A program made the translations under genes and the position numbers. A stretch of 64,000 nucleotides of DNA from Naegleria gruberi. Taxonomy: Eukaryota. Location: assembly GCA_000004985.1 (NCBI GenBank), contig GG738872.1. The stretch is one strand, 5' to 3'. Position 1 is the first letter of the stretch. Every line of letters starts with the position of its first letter. Positions 9,606 through 20,848 of the stretch are shown piece after piece. The notes under the pieces are model-generated. The model ran no database searches. It saw only the letters and a program-made list of their open reading frames with translations, and was not told where the DNA came from.

Positions 9606-11135
9606 ATGCCTCCAACCAATATTCGAACTCTTTCATCATCCAACAATAATTCATCACCATCATCGTCTTCGGGTACACAAAAATCATTTCCCACCACAGG
9701 TGGAAGAACACTCAGAGTTTCATCCTCATCCTCATCTACTAATGAAGACAATAGTACTGATAGAATTGGAGCATCATCTTCATCATCAACAGATGTAAAA
9801 AAGGCACCTTTGAATAATAATAATAGTATAATTATTAAACGTGATGATGGTATGGAAAATATTCCGAGAGAATTTACTCCACAAAAGTTTATACCACCCC
9901 CAAGATTTGATACAAACAAAACTCGGAGTAATCCATCTTCATCATCAAGTAATAATTCTTCTAATAGACAACATGTTTGTTCGTCGTTGTGTTCTTGTCC
10001 AAAAACAAGTTCTAGTAATGGAAAGAAGAATTCATGTGATACACCAATTTTCAATCAACAAACAGTGAATAATTTTAGTGATGCAATTATATTGGCAGAA
10101 TTGAATTCACCAACACCTGATGTTCATGTGTTATTTACTCATTTTGATGGCAAGTATTTCAGAAATAAGTTGTCAACGTGCACAACTTTGAGATGGAGTT
10201 CTAAAATGACACTTTGTGCTGGAATTTGTTATAGTCAATATCAGAAATATACCATAACAAAAACATTTGGACCTAGAGTGTCTTCGAGTGGATATTATGA
10301 TCCTAATGATATACTGAAAAAACAAGAGCAAGTCACTCAGAAAATTTGTACAATATCCTTGAGTGAATGCCTTTTAAAGTTTAGACCACCAATTGATACC
10401 ATTTCGACATTGATACACGAAATGATTCATGCTTTTTTATTCATCGACTCGAATGTTGTCGATAGAGAGGGTCATGGTGAAAATTTTCAGTGGTGGATGA
10501 AATTTGTCAACACCAAAGAAAATGGAACAGGAATTCACATTACAATTTATCATACTTTTCATGCTGAAGTTGATTATTATCGTCAACATCATTGGAGATG
10601 CAAGAAATGTGCGATGTTAGTCAAGAGAGCTATGAATAGAGCTCCTAACAAACATGACGATTGGTTTGCAGATCATGAGAAGAAGTGTGGAGGAAGTTTT
10701 GTAAAAATTAAGGAACCTGAAAAGGTTGAAAAGAAAAAGAGTGGAAATTATAAGGGTATTGAAAAATCGAGGAAATTTATGGAAAACTTTCTCACGAAAA
10801 AGAATCCAACCATTAAGGGAATTGAGAGTGATTCTGATCTCACAAAAGTAGCAGCAAATCAGATATCTAACAGTTCAACTGATAAAAAGAATGAAAAGAA
10901 ACCTATCAATGATTTGATAATTATTGAGGAGGATAGACCTAAAGGTAATACTAATAAGAAGAAGGATAATCTGCCTATTACGATTGAGATATTGGATGAT
11001 GAAGATGAAGAAGTGGATTCTCCATCATATAAATCCGATGAAATATTCATCAATGACGATGATTACATACCCCCAGACAATGTAATTATCCTAACAAATG
11101 ATCAAGACATTCAAGATGATGTTATTATTCTTTAA
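9606..11135 (+). CDS. SPRTN: SprT-like zinc metalloprotease (Spartan/DVC1-type DNA-protein crosslink repair protease), 509 aa
   Basis: HExxH active site (LIHEMIHAFLF). Downstream SprT zinc-binding region (REGHGENFQWWMKFVN...ITIYHTFHAEVDYYRQHHWRCKKC...HDDWFADHEKKCGGSF) aligns closely with the Spartan catalytic module. The N-terminal 150 aa are Ser-rich. The C-terminus is acidic and D/E-rich. Confidence 0.85.
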   Translation: MPPTNIRTLSSSNNNSSPSSSSGTQKSFPTTGGRTLRVSSSSSSTNEDNSTDRIGASSSSSTDVKKAPLNNNNSIIIKRDDGMENIPREFTPQKFIPPPRFDTNKTRSNPSSSSSNNSSNRQHVCSSLCSCPKTSSSNGKKNSCDTPIFNQQTVNNFSDAIILAELNSPTPDVHVLFTHFDGKYFRNKLSTCTTLRWSSKMTLCAGICYSQYQKYTITKTFGPRVSSSGYYDPNDILKKQEQVTQKICTISLSECLLKFRPPIDTISTLIHEMIHAFLFIDSNVVDREGHGENFQWWMKFVNTKENGTGIHITIYHTFHAEVDYYRQHHWRCKKCAMLVKRAMNRAPNKHDDWFADHEKKCGGSFVKIKEPEKVEKKKSGNYKGIEKSRKFMENFLTKKNPTIKGIESDSDLTKVAANQISNSSTDKKNEKKPINDLIIIEEDRPKGNTNKKKDNLPITIEILDDEDEEVDSPSYKSDEIFINDDDYIPPDNVIILTNDQDIQDDVIIL

Positions 11136-11992
11136 TTCAATTTACCAGCATATTTCAATGCAATGGCTATTATCAATCCACTACTAAGCAAAAAGAATAA
11201 ACCAAAGGTAATAACCCAAAAGAAAATCCATGCAATTCTCTTGAATTTTTCATTTTGTGATCTAAGTATAATCACGAGAGGAGCAGCCACCATGAGAGGT
11301 GGACAAATAATCCCTATACAAAAGGCTCCAATCCATAACCAAATCATATTCAGGTTTTTAGCTCTCTCATCAAAGCAATGGTGACAGATCATTGGATTTG
11401 AGGTTGCCATTTTGCTCATTGAGCACAATTCACAAACATCATTTTTGCATTTTTCACAAATCCAGGAAGCATCCATTTCTTGATGATATGTACATTTCTT
11501 TGGAGGTTGTGTTTCTGTTTTTCCTGTACTGTTTTTCAAGATACTTTTCACTTCGACAACACTACCTGCACTTTTCATGGAATCAATAGAACATAATCGA
11601 TCTAAAGAAACATCCTGTTGTTTGTACGGCTTATTCGAAACAACACTCTCATAATTCTTTTTATCTGAGGAAAGTGTTTCTATTTCCATATGAAAACCCT
11701 CATCATTTAAACTATCGTGTGACAATAACTTGGTTTTCAATTGTTTCTTTCCCATCTTTGTCAACTGTTTATCAGATAATGTATTCGGACTATTTACAAT
11801 ATTGCCTTCAAAATCAATTTTATGGGCTTCCAACTCTATTGGTGTTTTTACATTGATTTGAACTGTAAGATTGGGTTTGTGATGATGATGAAATCCGAGA
11901 GATCCATCACTCGGTGTATAGGGTGAGGCATCACTTGTATCCTTGGTTGGGGATCCTTGACCTGCAAGATTTGATAATTTGTTTGTTGACAT
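11132..11992 (-). CDS. Cys/His zinc-finger (B-box-like) protein with two C-terminal transmembrane helices
   Basis: ORF 11132-12037 begins with TTG. The first ATG at 11992 gives MSTNKLSNLAG. Cluster CTYHQEMDASWICEKCKNDVCELCSMS...ICHHCFD. Two hydrophobic helices follow (IWLWIGAFCIGIICPPLMVAAPLVIIL and IFFWVITFGLFFLLSSGLIIAIAL). The stop overlaps the SPRTN stop (11132-11135) on the opposite strand. Confidence 0.5.
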   Translation of the reverse strand: MSTNKLSNLAGQGSPTKDTSDASPYTPSDGSLGFHHHHKPNLTVQINVKTPIELEAHKIDFEGNIVNSPNTLSDKQLTKMGKKQLKTKLLSHDSLNDEGFHMEIETLSSDKKNYESVVSNKPYKQQDVSLDRLCSIDSMKSAGSVVEVKSILKNSTGKTETQPPKKCTYHQEMDASWICEKCKNDVCELCSMSKMATSNPMICHHCFDERAKNLNMIWLWIGAFCIGIICPPLMVAAPLVIILRSQNEKFKRIAWIFFWVITFGLFFLLSSGLIIAIALKYAGKLN

Positions 11993-12210
11993 TTTTTTTA
12001 CTAATTTAATACTGTTGTGTTGTGGTGATTGTTCCAAAAAAGTAACTATTCTCTCTACATGAAGTTTTAATAATTTTTAACTATTTTCAATTGTGTGTCA
12101 AATTATTTACAATAAATTATTGACAAGACTTTTCTGTGCTTCAAGTTTACAAAGACTTTTATGTGTGCTTTACAAGATTCGAACATGTTCTTCCACCTCC
12201 ACTAAATAAA

Positions 12211-13167
12211 TTAATTTTTGGTTACAATTTCACTAAGGGAAACAATATCATATCCTCTCCATTTAAGGAATGGAACCAAATAGTTTAACAATTTGGCAGT
12301 CCAAGGTCTATCATGTAAAATTACAATAGCTTGATCATCATTCGTTGCAAAATATCCAAACGAAATGAATTTCAAAATATCATATAAATATGAAACCATT
12401 ACAATATTCACAAAATTCAACCACCAAACAGGTATTTGTGGATCGAATGAATAAATATTTCCCAAAACTATTCTATAGCCAAGTTGATCAACCAACTCTA
12501 TCATTTCATTAGTGAAAAATCCATGACCAGGTCTGTAAAATTTAGTCAGGACACTTTCTAGAGGTGTAACCCTCTTTGCATTCACTCTAGTCAACAACAA
12601 ATCATTCAATGTCGTTTCATTCTGCACAATTTCCTCTCTCAATTTTTCCCTACTCAACGAAGCATGCCTGCTATTTGTCATTCCATGATTAGCCAACTCA
12701 ATTAATCCATCATCAATCCACTCCACAAATTTACTGGTCAATTCCTCATCATGTTTCAAATTTCGAGTTGCATAACTTCCAATCATCATCAATGTAGCAC
12801 AGCAATCACCCAACTTTTCCATCACTGAACAAATCTCAGCAATACTCGTCTCTAATTTCAAGCCTTGTTTTTTCAAAGGCTTTGGAAGTGAATATTTCCA
12901 AGGAACATCATCAATTGTAATGGCAATTCTCTTTCGTTGTTGCTGGTAATTCCTTCTCTCATCATCGGCATCACCCATATTATTATTATTATTATTATTG
13001 TTATTTAATTTAATATTATTATTATTATTATTTTGATCCGATGATGATCGTAAATTTCCATGGAAAATTACTTTACCCGATCGATCCAACACGGAGAGCA
13101 ATCGAGAGCCAAATAACCAAATTATGAGCAAGAGGAGAAAAAATAAAGTCAACACAAATGCAATCAT
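12211..13167 (-). CDS. Type II membrane polysaccharide deacetylase-like (NodB/carbohydrate esterase 4-like) protein, 318 aa
   Basis: N-terminal TM anchor (MIAFVLTLFFLLLLIIWLFG). Then motifs that resemble the NodB family: RIAITIDDVP (TFDDG-like), ELANHGMTNSRH, YRPGHGFF (RPPYG-like), VILHDRPWT (LxH). A poly-N tract is encoded by an (AAT)n repeat. Confidence 0.5.
   Translation of the reverse strand: MIAFVLTLFFLLLLIIWLFGSRLLSVLDRSGKVIFHGNLRSSSDQNNNNNNIKLNNNNNNNNNMGDADDERRNYQQQRKRIAITIDDVPWKYSLPKPLKKQGLKLETSIAEICSVMEKLGDCCATLMMIGSYATRNLKHDEELTSKFVEWIDDGLIELANHGMTNSRHASLSREKLREEIVQNETTLNDLLLTRVNAKRVTPLESVLTKFYRPGHGFFTNEMIELVDQLGYRIVLGNIYSFDPQIPVWWLNFVNIVMVSYLYDILKFISFGYFATNDDQAIVILHDRPWTAKLLNYLVPFLKWRGYDIVSLSEIVTKN
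12979..13036. repeat. (ATT/AAT)n trinucleotide repeat, coding (poly-Asn) within the deacetylase-like gene
   Basis: attattattattattattgttatttaatttaatattattattattattatt on the plus strand. It translates to N-runs on the minus strand. Confidence 0.8.
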
Positions 13168-13961
13168 TTTTTTAAATATTTAAATTATTAATAGTTTATG
13201 TTACGGTATTGAACTTGGAAGTTTAGTATCGAATATTGTAAAAATCTTGTAAAGGACTTCTATACTCTCACATGCAAAAACAATTATTTCCAATCGCAAC
13301 AAAATATTAGATGATTAAGAAAATGCCTCAACCACAATTCATTAGAAATTCAAGAAGACCCCAACGAATCCATACCTTTTCTTTTGGAAATTTGACCTGA
13401 TCACATTGGCGTACTGATTTTCAACTTGTTGTAATATTGAAACGTGGAAGCCTAGTAGTTCAAAGAACCAATCGCTTAATTTATGATGATATGGATTTTT
13501 AAAGAATGACTTTCAATACTGTATTGTATAATCAATAGTAACAATAGTAAGCGCAACGATTATTAACGAACATTTAAAGCTGCAGGATTAGCAGAGGAAT
13601 ACCCCTCACAGTTGGAAGAGAACATTTCAATTTTAACAAACTCCCCTGTTGAATATTAATATCATAAATTAACATAAAGTTGTTATAACAAACAAGTCAT
13701 TAATTCAGTATTTTTTCATTGGATTGAAACAAAATTGAGTGGATAGCCAACAGTGTTCTTCTTGGAGTTCTGTTTTTATTCGAAAGATCAATTGTATCCA
13801 CAAATTTTCATCTCGATTTTTTAATCATTATCGACAATTGAAAATTCTTCAAATATTGAAACTTCTCTCACAATAATTATTACTTCTCAATGTTGAGCCT
13901 TTCACTAAATTCCTTATTCGGAGTTACGCGATCGGAGTAAATGTTGAAATTTAAAAAAAAA

Positions 13962-15906
13962 ATGTCAACACCCTCACGATACGGCACCTCTGTTCAATCA
14001 TCAGATGAAGGTGGCCTCTCAGCAACCATTGATTCCTATCATGCCGATGATAGAATCAGTGTAGAAAGTGCTCCGAAGAGACAAAGCCACGAAAACAAAT
14101 CGAATAATCAGGCGCACACCTATGGATCATTTGTTGCGTATTGTTTTTGCGTGAATTATATTCTTGGAGTAGGAGTGTTGGGTAAGAATTTAAATAATTT
14201 AAAAAATTAATTTGCGAAAAATTGTTCCGTACGAAAACATTTTATTTTTGATTTTTTAAATGAAAAATTCGTGATGATGATTTTTTGTGGATTTTTTGTG
14301 GTTGAATGATGAATTTGATGATTTTTCATTGGATTTGCTGTTATTTGTGATATTTTGTGGATATTAATAGGTGTTCCTAATGGTTTTCAAAAGGGAGGAA
14401 CTATTATTGGACCAGTTTTCTTATTGATTGTGACGATATTTGCTGCATTGGTGTTGAATTGGATATTGGAAACTCTGTGTAGAGCAACACCTTTCTTTAA
14501 GGAACAAGAAGAAGAATCGAAACATCTTCAAGATGAGGACGTTTTGAGATTGGATGCCAGTAATAATTTAATTGAAATTGGTGAGGAGAAGGATTTGTTT
14601 CATTTTCCTGAACGTCGTTATGAAATGAATGAATTGTGTAGATTGTTTTTGGGAAGATTTGGCAAAATTATTTATGATATTGCATTGTGCTTTTACTTGT
14701 ATGGATCATTGTGGAGTTATTCAACTGTTTTTGCTGAAAGTATGGCTTCACACGTTCCATTGCCAATTAATGGATGGTACACTTGTAATGTGAATTCGGA
14801 TAATTCAGTTTCATGTGATATTTTGTATAAGATTTATGTTGGTATTTATGCACTTGTTGTCATTCCAATGACATGTCTCAATTTGACTGAACAAAAACCG
14901 GTTCGTAAGTAGTTGAATTATTATTACACATCTTTACGAAACCATTGTAAACTGTGTGAAATATTATTATTATCACTATAGAAATTATCTTGACCATTTT
15001 CAGATATGTTGCTTTGGCTTTAATGATTGTTGTTTCATTCGTTTCAATTTTTGTTGATCCATACTCTAGATATCCATCTAATCCTCACACTGCCATGGAA
15101 AGACATCCACCCTATGTTTCTAAAACAAGTTTAGCATCAGGTGATGGATTATTTGTCTTACTTCCAATTTGCATTTATGCTCAAATTTTGCATCACTCAG
15201 TTCCAGGGTTGAGTGAACCTGTGAGAAATAAGAAACACTTGCCAGCAATTTTCACCTCAACATTTATTACAACCTACTTGTTTTATACCTTATTGGGTGT
15301 CACACTTGCTGTATATTATGGTGAAAATATTCAAGCTCCTTGCTCTCTCAATTTTGGATACTACAGAGGTGGTAAGCCATTTGGTATGAGCACACCAATT
15401 TGGGCTGAATTTATTATCTATCTCATTATTTTATTCCCTGCTATTGATGTCTTGTCTGCATTCCCATTGGTAAGTTATTAGGAATCAATCTCTTTGTGTG
15501 GAATTATTAACAATTTACAAAGAATGCCATCACATTAGGTAACAACATTCATGCTGCATTCTTTACAGGAACTAAATATTTAGCAAGCAGAAAGATTCAA
15601 GTTTTCTTCAGATTGGTGGCTGCCATTCCACCAATTATTGGAGCTTTATTTGTTTCTGATTTGGAATTTATTTTGAAATATGTTGGATTGTTTGGATTTT
15701 TGATTACCTTTGTCATTCCACCACTCTTGTTCCTTGTTTCCAAATATAAGGCAAATAAGAGATTCAACAAGAGCGAAACACCATACACTAGGAAATTCAT
15801 CAGTTCTCCAATTTTGGCTGTTATCTGTATTGCATTTGGAGCTATTGCTATTGTCTATTGTATTGTCGCAAACATTGTTTACAGCGTTTTGGATAAGAGT
15901 GAATAA
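13962..15906 (+). CDS. Amino acid transporter (Aa_trans / SLC32-36-38 / AVT family), four exons (13962-14181, 14371-14905, 15004-15469, 15523-15906)
   Basis: ORFs 13941-, 14355-, 14990- and 15613- join via canonical introns. These are GTAAGA...AATAG (14182-14370, phase 1), GTAAGT...TTTCAG (14906-15003, phase 2) and GTAAGT...CAAAG (15470-15522, phase 0). The product has about 11 TM helices. It contains Aa_trans-like segments (YGSFVAYCFCVNYILGVGVLGVPNGFQKGGTIIGPVFLL...SAFPLNAITLGNN...). The last intron's acceptor is the only one that restores the frame. Confidence 0.75.
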
Positions 15907-15935
15907 TTATATCTTTGAAATAAATTAATATGTTT

Positions 15936-17186
15936 TTAATAAATTCTATTCTTGGGACGAACAAAGGCCGTAGGGATAACACAAACAGCAGCTACCACTG
16001 AAATACTTCCAAAGACTCCCAAAATACCACCTGCAACATAGTAGGCTTCGTATCGTGTCGAGATTGGTTCAATAATGTTAACCAAATCCTCCTTCTTATT
16101 AGTATAACACAAAACAATATCTCCAACTTTCATTGGAAAATAAATTCCTGTTTCTTCCATATTATAAGGTAAAAATGTTGTCAATTCCAAAATTGTTCCA
16201 TTATTCTCTGTAACATTTTTCAAACTTGGAAATTTCACATCAAAATAACAATAAGTTCCTCTATCCAAATATTTTCCTCTTTCAGCACAATCATTACTAA
16301 TATCAACAAGAGTACAATTATGTTCCCATGTCAGTGCATTTGGGTCATTCTTAAATGTAGGATCAGAATTAATTTGTCCAAACAAATAGGCACAAACTCC
16401 CAATTGAATTGCTGCCAGAATTGAGCAAACGACAATAGTCGGAACTACAAATGACAAAATAAAGAGCCAATGAGGTGTATCTCCTTTCATTAATTTCGAA
16501 ACAGGTTCCTCTGTAGTAGCACCACCATTAACACCACCACCTGTCGATCCACTATTAATTGTTTGTTGTGATGATAAATTATTGATGGCTCTATTTTCTG
16601 GAAGAGGTGGTAAAATAACCTCAGTAAATCCCTTCTCATTGGTATCTTGTTTTTGGAGAGGAAGTGATGGTTTCACTCTATCAGTTTTAACTTTACCATC
16701 ATCCTCATCACTAGAAGAAACTTCATCATCATCGTCATTATCGTCATCATTGGCTTCATCTTGGAATCTAACACCTCCCTTCTTCTTCTTTCTCTTTAAC
16801 TTGTTTTTAATTTTACTCTTTAATCCGCCGTTATTATTATTATTCACCAAATCATTCAGTGTTGGTTCATGAAGTCCAATTAAATTAGAGTTTGATGCTG
16901 AATTAATTGTTGAAGATGAATATTCATCAATCAAAACTGGTTCATTTCTATTGTAATTATTATTGGTGGTGGTGATGTTATTAGAATATAGAGTTGATGA
17001 AGAAGAATATGGATTATTATTAACTCCTCCGAAAGAAGAAGAAGAACCTAATGAATTGTTGGTTGCAAATATCACATCATTCGTAGGACCTTGTTGCTGA
17101 GAATTTGTTACTCCTCCTCCACCATTTGTTGTAGATGATGAAACAAAAACATCATCCCAATCATTATCCCCTCCTCCATGATTCAT
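15936..17186 (-). CDS. Membrane protein with a long low-complexity N-terminus and two TM helices flanking a Cys-containing lumenal or extracellular domain, 416 aa
   Basis: Single ORF. The N-terminal 230 aa are N/S/G/D-rich and include a basic patch KIKNKLKRKKKKGG. The C-terminal region is TM1 (WLFILSFVVPTIVVCSILAAIQL), a roughly 120-aa domain with 5 Cys, then TM2 (YVAGGILGVFGSISVVAAVCVI). No family recognised. Confidence 0.45.
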   Translation of the reverse strand: MNHGGGDNDWDDVFVSSSTTNGGGGVTNSQQQGPTNDVIFATNNSLGSSSSFGGVNNNPYSSSSTLYSNNITTTNNNYNRNEPVLIDEYSSSTINSASNSNLIGLHEPTLNDLVNNNNNGGLKSKIKNKLKRKKKKGGVRFQDEANDDDNDDDDEVSSSDEDDGKVKTDRVKPSLPLQKQDTNEKGFTEVILPPLPENRAINNLSSQQTINSGSTGGGVNGGATTEEPVSKLMKGDTPHWLFILSFVVPTIVVCSILAAIQLGVCAYLFGQINSDPTFKNDPNALTWEHNCTLVDISNDCAERGKYLDRGTYCYFDVKFPSLKNVTENNGTILELTTFLPYNMEETGIYFPMKVGDIVLCYTNKKEDLVNIIEPISTRYEAYYVAGGILGVFGSISVVAAVCVIPTAFVRPKNRIY

Positions 17187-17342
17187 TTCCCAAAGGTTGT
17201 TGTTGTTTTATTTTTTTTGTGGGAATTTGGGTAGTGCAACATATTTGGATCTGTGGATAAAAGTGGAATTTCAAAAAAATTAAATTTCAATTAAAATTTA
17301 TCGTCAAAATAGAAGGTTGTTAGATTGAATATGAGAAAGAGA

Positions 17343-20300
17343 CTAATCCTTCTTTTGTTTGGAATCTGTAATTTGTGGTTTGCTATTGCTCACATTTCCG
17401 ACATAGATTTGAGCAAATGAGAAGAGGAGAAGGAGGATGATAATCATGGCATTTCCGATGGCAAATCTACTGATACTGTTACCAATTTCAAGCCAGCTGC
17501 CAACATCAGAGACAAGGAAGAAAAAGTTAATTGTCATAATGTCACTCAAAGCTAGAACAATTAAGAGAGCAGCAAAATGAGGAGTTCCAGTAACTTTGAG
17601 AATGATTACAAAAATCATGGTAACAGCAATGAGTGGTATGGCAAGCTTGAAAATCAAAATTGCTGCCATAGTAAATGGACTAAATACAGAAATGAATCTA
17701 TAAACTGAACTCAATTCAAAACTGGCAATTGTGGCCAAGTTACCTGTTCCAAAGAATCCAACATTGAATAGGAAAATAAAGAAGATGGCAGTACTGAATT
17801 CTGATTTAGAAAGCCACCCAGGTGTGAATGACTCATCCTTCTTTCTCTTCTTCTTCTCTTGTCTCATCCAGAAAAGGAATGCAACTAGAATACCAGCATA
17901 GAATAATACTTCATAATTAACACTCAATAATACCAATGGAGTTGCAAAACCAGACAAGATGCTCTGAGCTCTCACTTGATAGGCATTTGAAGACAAGAAA
18001 GGAAGCAATAGGGAAATTAGAGATAGACCCCAGGCAGCAATTTGATTAGGTAATGGAAGACCACTTCTATTAGCAATGGAAACATCAGTACTGACTGTCA
18101 CAGCACAAGCTAGAGCTATAACTGTGAGCTGTCCAAAGAAGAGAACATCTTGGAAGAAGGATTTCTCTCTTGGTGGCTTGATAACTCTCCAAGTGATTTG
18201 GCAGGCACAGAACATGAGTGTACCAATAATAACAAGTGAAATATCATTTCCATAATCAGCAGGTAGTAATGTAAACAAGCTCATAATGATGCATGTTGTG
18301 AGCCATCCAAATCTGTATGAGAAATTCATTTCCAAAATAGTTGGAGCCACTCCAAGAATAATAAAACAAACTGAGAAGATATCCCTAGAAAAGTATCCAC
18401 AAACCATAACTTCAAGGACAACAATAATAATGAAGAGAGATTGACCATCCTTTTGGAATGAAAAGTACTTGCAAAAGAATTGATAAATCAATCTTACATG
18501 ATTCAAAATGTAGGAGAAGAAGAATATTGGGAAGATGGTGTACATGTGGTAGTGATATGGATCATTCTGTAAGAAAATATAACTACTCAAACTAATCAAT
18601 GTAGTAATAGCAATAAAACCAATGATAAACAAGTTATTATCACCCTTGACCTCATGACCAAGTTTCGTGTAATGTCTCAAACAAAATACCATCAAGTAAA
18701 ACATCCATCCAACATATCCCAAAAATATGATCGACATTAATTGTGGCCAATCGTAGGTCATGTAATAATTGAGACCCTTAATACCAATATTTAACAATTC
18801 TTGAATATCGTTCATTGCACCAGCATAGTCCTCAGCCATAATTTTCTTTGTGATGGCATTTGATTTTGCGTCCAGTACCTCCTTTGACATGTATTCTCTG
18901 AAGAATAATAGAGTCTTCTCCTTTTTAGCAGCTTGCTTTTGCAATAATTGCGCAACAATTTGCTTGGCATTAATGTGAAAATTAATAGCTCTGAATTTCT
19001 CATCACCTGCCAAATATGAAAGAGGAAGAGAACCAACATTATTCATTGGGAATGGGATTCCCAAAACAGCACTCATCAATACAGACATGTCAGCTTGTTT
19101 GATATCCTTTCTGAATTTTGGATTGACCATCCATGATTGTTTTACATATTTTTCCTCTGCAGTAGAACTTGGGAAAGATCCATCAGAAATGATATTTCCT
19201 TGACCTTCATAGAATGGTCGAATACCTTTACCCCAACTTACAAGTGGTGTTCTTGTGCATTCTGGATTACCATCACCGTGAGCACCTTTAGAGGACATAC
19301 CATGATCTGCTGTAAAGATGAAAGCTGTTTCATTGTCACCAAAAAATTCATTAACCAATTTGTGAACTCGTTCAACTCCTTCATCCACATAACGAATACT
19401 GTCATAGTAGCCCTTTCCCATCTTATAGGCATGTCCACTTGTATCAATTCCGAGTAAATGTAAGAAAATAATTGTCTTGTCTTGTTTGAGTTTGTTCTTG
19501 ACAGATTCATCGTGAGTGATTAAATTTTCAAACTTATCAAAAACCCATCTATCCAAAGATGATTTGTCATGCATTACAAAGTCTTCCATCTCTGGGGGAT
19601 AATTAAAAGTATCAATATGTTCTCCTTTAAATAAATGTACAACATCTGGTGATCCTATTTGAAGAACATAATTAGTTTGATTGAATGCACTATCAAATTC
19701 TATTGGATTTTCCTTCCATCCTGTTGTCACTGCACTGACATCTTCATAAAATCCTGCAATCATGGCCACATGACAAGGTCTTGATTCTGTTGGCACTCTA
19801 GTGTGAGAAATTCCAAAACTTGCCACTGATTCCATTTTAGATCTCAAGAATGGAGCTGAAACCTCTAAATCATCATTGAGAGAACTTTGTGAATCCAAAC
19901 TTCCTTCATAAATACTATGAGGCACTGAAGCCACTTGTCTCTTCTTTTTCTGAATGAGAAATTGATACTTTTCAGAATCCCCAACCATCTTGTCTTTATC
20001 ACGAATAATCTCAAATAATTTATCAGCTCGTAAACCATCTCCGACAATGAAAATCAATCGTTTTGCAAACGGTGATGATTGTCCACTATTCAGAGTAGAT
20101 GAAGAATTATTAGCATACTGATCAAAACTATATTGATTCATTCCATGAACAATTGGTGATTTAAAATAAATATCAAATATACTCATCATGTAAGCACAAT
20201 GAAATATAATACCAACAATAATCACCAATAAATACTTGTTCCTCTCAAATGTAGTTGTTGTTGTTGCTTTAGAAGGATCATTGTTAGAAGATGAAGATTT

Positions 20301-20429
20301 CTCCGTCGTACTAAGAGTTGTATTCTTGTTATCATCATCAGCATCATGTTTGTCATTATAATTATTACTATTATTTACATCATCGTGCTGCTCCGCACCA
20401 TGTAGCTTATCATGTTGGTGGCTGATCAT
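17343..20429 (-). CDS. PIGN: GPI ethanolamine phosphate transferase 1 (PIG-N / Mcd4 family), single exon, 1028 aa
   Basis: The N-terminal lumenal alkaline-phosphatase/sulfatase-like domain carries FIVGDGLRAD, HLLGIDTSGHA and FTADHGMSSKGAHGDG, which are metal-binding motifs of the PIG-N/O/G family. About 14 TM helices follow in the C-terminal two thirds. Confidence 0.9.
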   Translation of the reverse strand: MISHQHDKLHGAEQHDDVNNSNNYNDKHDADDDNKNTTLSTTEKSSSSNNDPSKATTTTTFERNKYLLVIIVGIIFHCAYMMSIFDIYFKSPIVHGMNQYSFDQYANNSSSTLNSGQSSPFAKRLIFIVGDGLRADKLFEIIRDKDKMVGDSEKYQFLIQKKKRQVASVPHSIYEGSLDSQSSLNDDLEVSAPFLRSKMESVASFGISHTRVPTESRPCHVAMIAGFYEDVSAVTTGWKENPIEFDSAFNQTNYVLQIGSPDVVHLFKGEHIDTFNYPPEMEDFVMHDKSSLDRWVFDKFENLITHDESVKNKLKQDKTIIFLHLLGIDTSGHAYKMGKGYYDSIRYVDEGVERVHKLVNEFFGDNETAFIFTADHGMSSKGAHGDGNPECTRTPLVSWGKGIRPFYEGQGNIISDGSFPSSTAEEKYVKQSWMVNPKFRKDIKQADMSVLMSAVLGIPFPMNNVGSLPLSYLAGDEKFRAINFHINAKQIVAQLLQKQAAKKEKTLLFFREYMSKEVLDAKSNAITKKIMAEDYAGAMNDIQELLNIGIKGLNYYMTYDWPQLMSIIFLGYVGWMFYLMVFCLRHYTKLGHEVKGDNNLFIIGFIAITTLISLSSYIFLQNDPYHYHMYTIFPIFFFSYILNHVRLIYQFFCKYFSFQKDGQSLFIIIVVLEVMVCGYFSRDIFSVCFIILGVAPTILEMNFSYRFGWLTTCIIMSLFTLLPADYGNDISLVIIGTLMFCACQITWRVIKPPREKSFFQDVLFFGQLTVIALACAVTVSTDVSIANRSGLPLPNQIAAWGLSLISLLLPFLSSNAYQVRAQSILSGFATPLVLLSVNYEVLFYAGILVAFLFWMRQEKKKRKKDESFTPGWLSKSEFSTAIFFIFLFNVGFFGTGNLATIASFELSSVYRFISVFSPFTMAAILIFKLAIPLIAVTMIFVIILKVTGTPHFAALLIVLALSDIMTINFFFLVSDVGSWLEIGNSISRFAIGNAMIIILLLLFSFAQIYVGNVSNSKPQITDSKQKKD

Positions 20430-20848
20430 TTTTCTTTGTTGATGAACCAGTCCTACTTTGCTTTGATGAACACGTGTTTAAGTGACTGGATTTTTCTTTA
20501 ATGTGGCTTGCAATTTGAGGTGATTAGGAAAATTGCAAAACTCTATTATCTGTTCCTATAACAAAATCGGTCTACGAGCTTTTTGGATAGAATGTTGTAA
20601 GGAATGGCTCTCATTGTCAATTCAAATTTTGACACGTTGCTTGTATTGGAAAAGAAATCAACTGTGTAGATCCTTCTGGAGTACCTGCGCTTAACAAGTC
20701 GTAGTTGAGCAGCTTGCTTTTTGTCATGCAAACAGAAGAGGTATTAAATGAATTAATAACAATCTATTTGACAAGAAACAAGCAAGTGAACAAGACAAAT
20801 AGTTTGGACTATTGACAATGAGAGCCATTAATAATATTTGGTTTAAAT

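Noticed and set aside
9587-10054. 155-aa minus-strand ORF overlapping the Spartan-like gene
   Set aside because: Antisense of the Ser-codon-rich region (AGA/GAA/TGA-poor). Acidic low-complexity translation. No independent support.
12979-13036. Possible CRISPR-like or direct-repeat array signals (AAT repeats, TTG repeats, GTT repeats around 51230-51420)
   Set aside because: These are in-frame codon repeats within eukaryotic coding exons. There are no spacer/repeat periodicity or cas genes. The sequence is eukaryotic.
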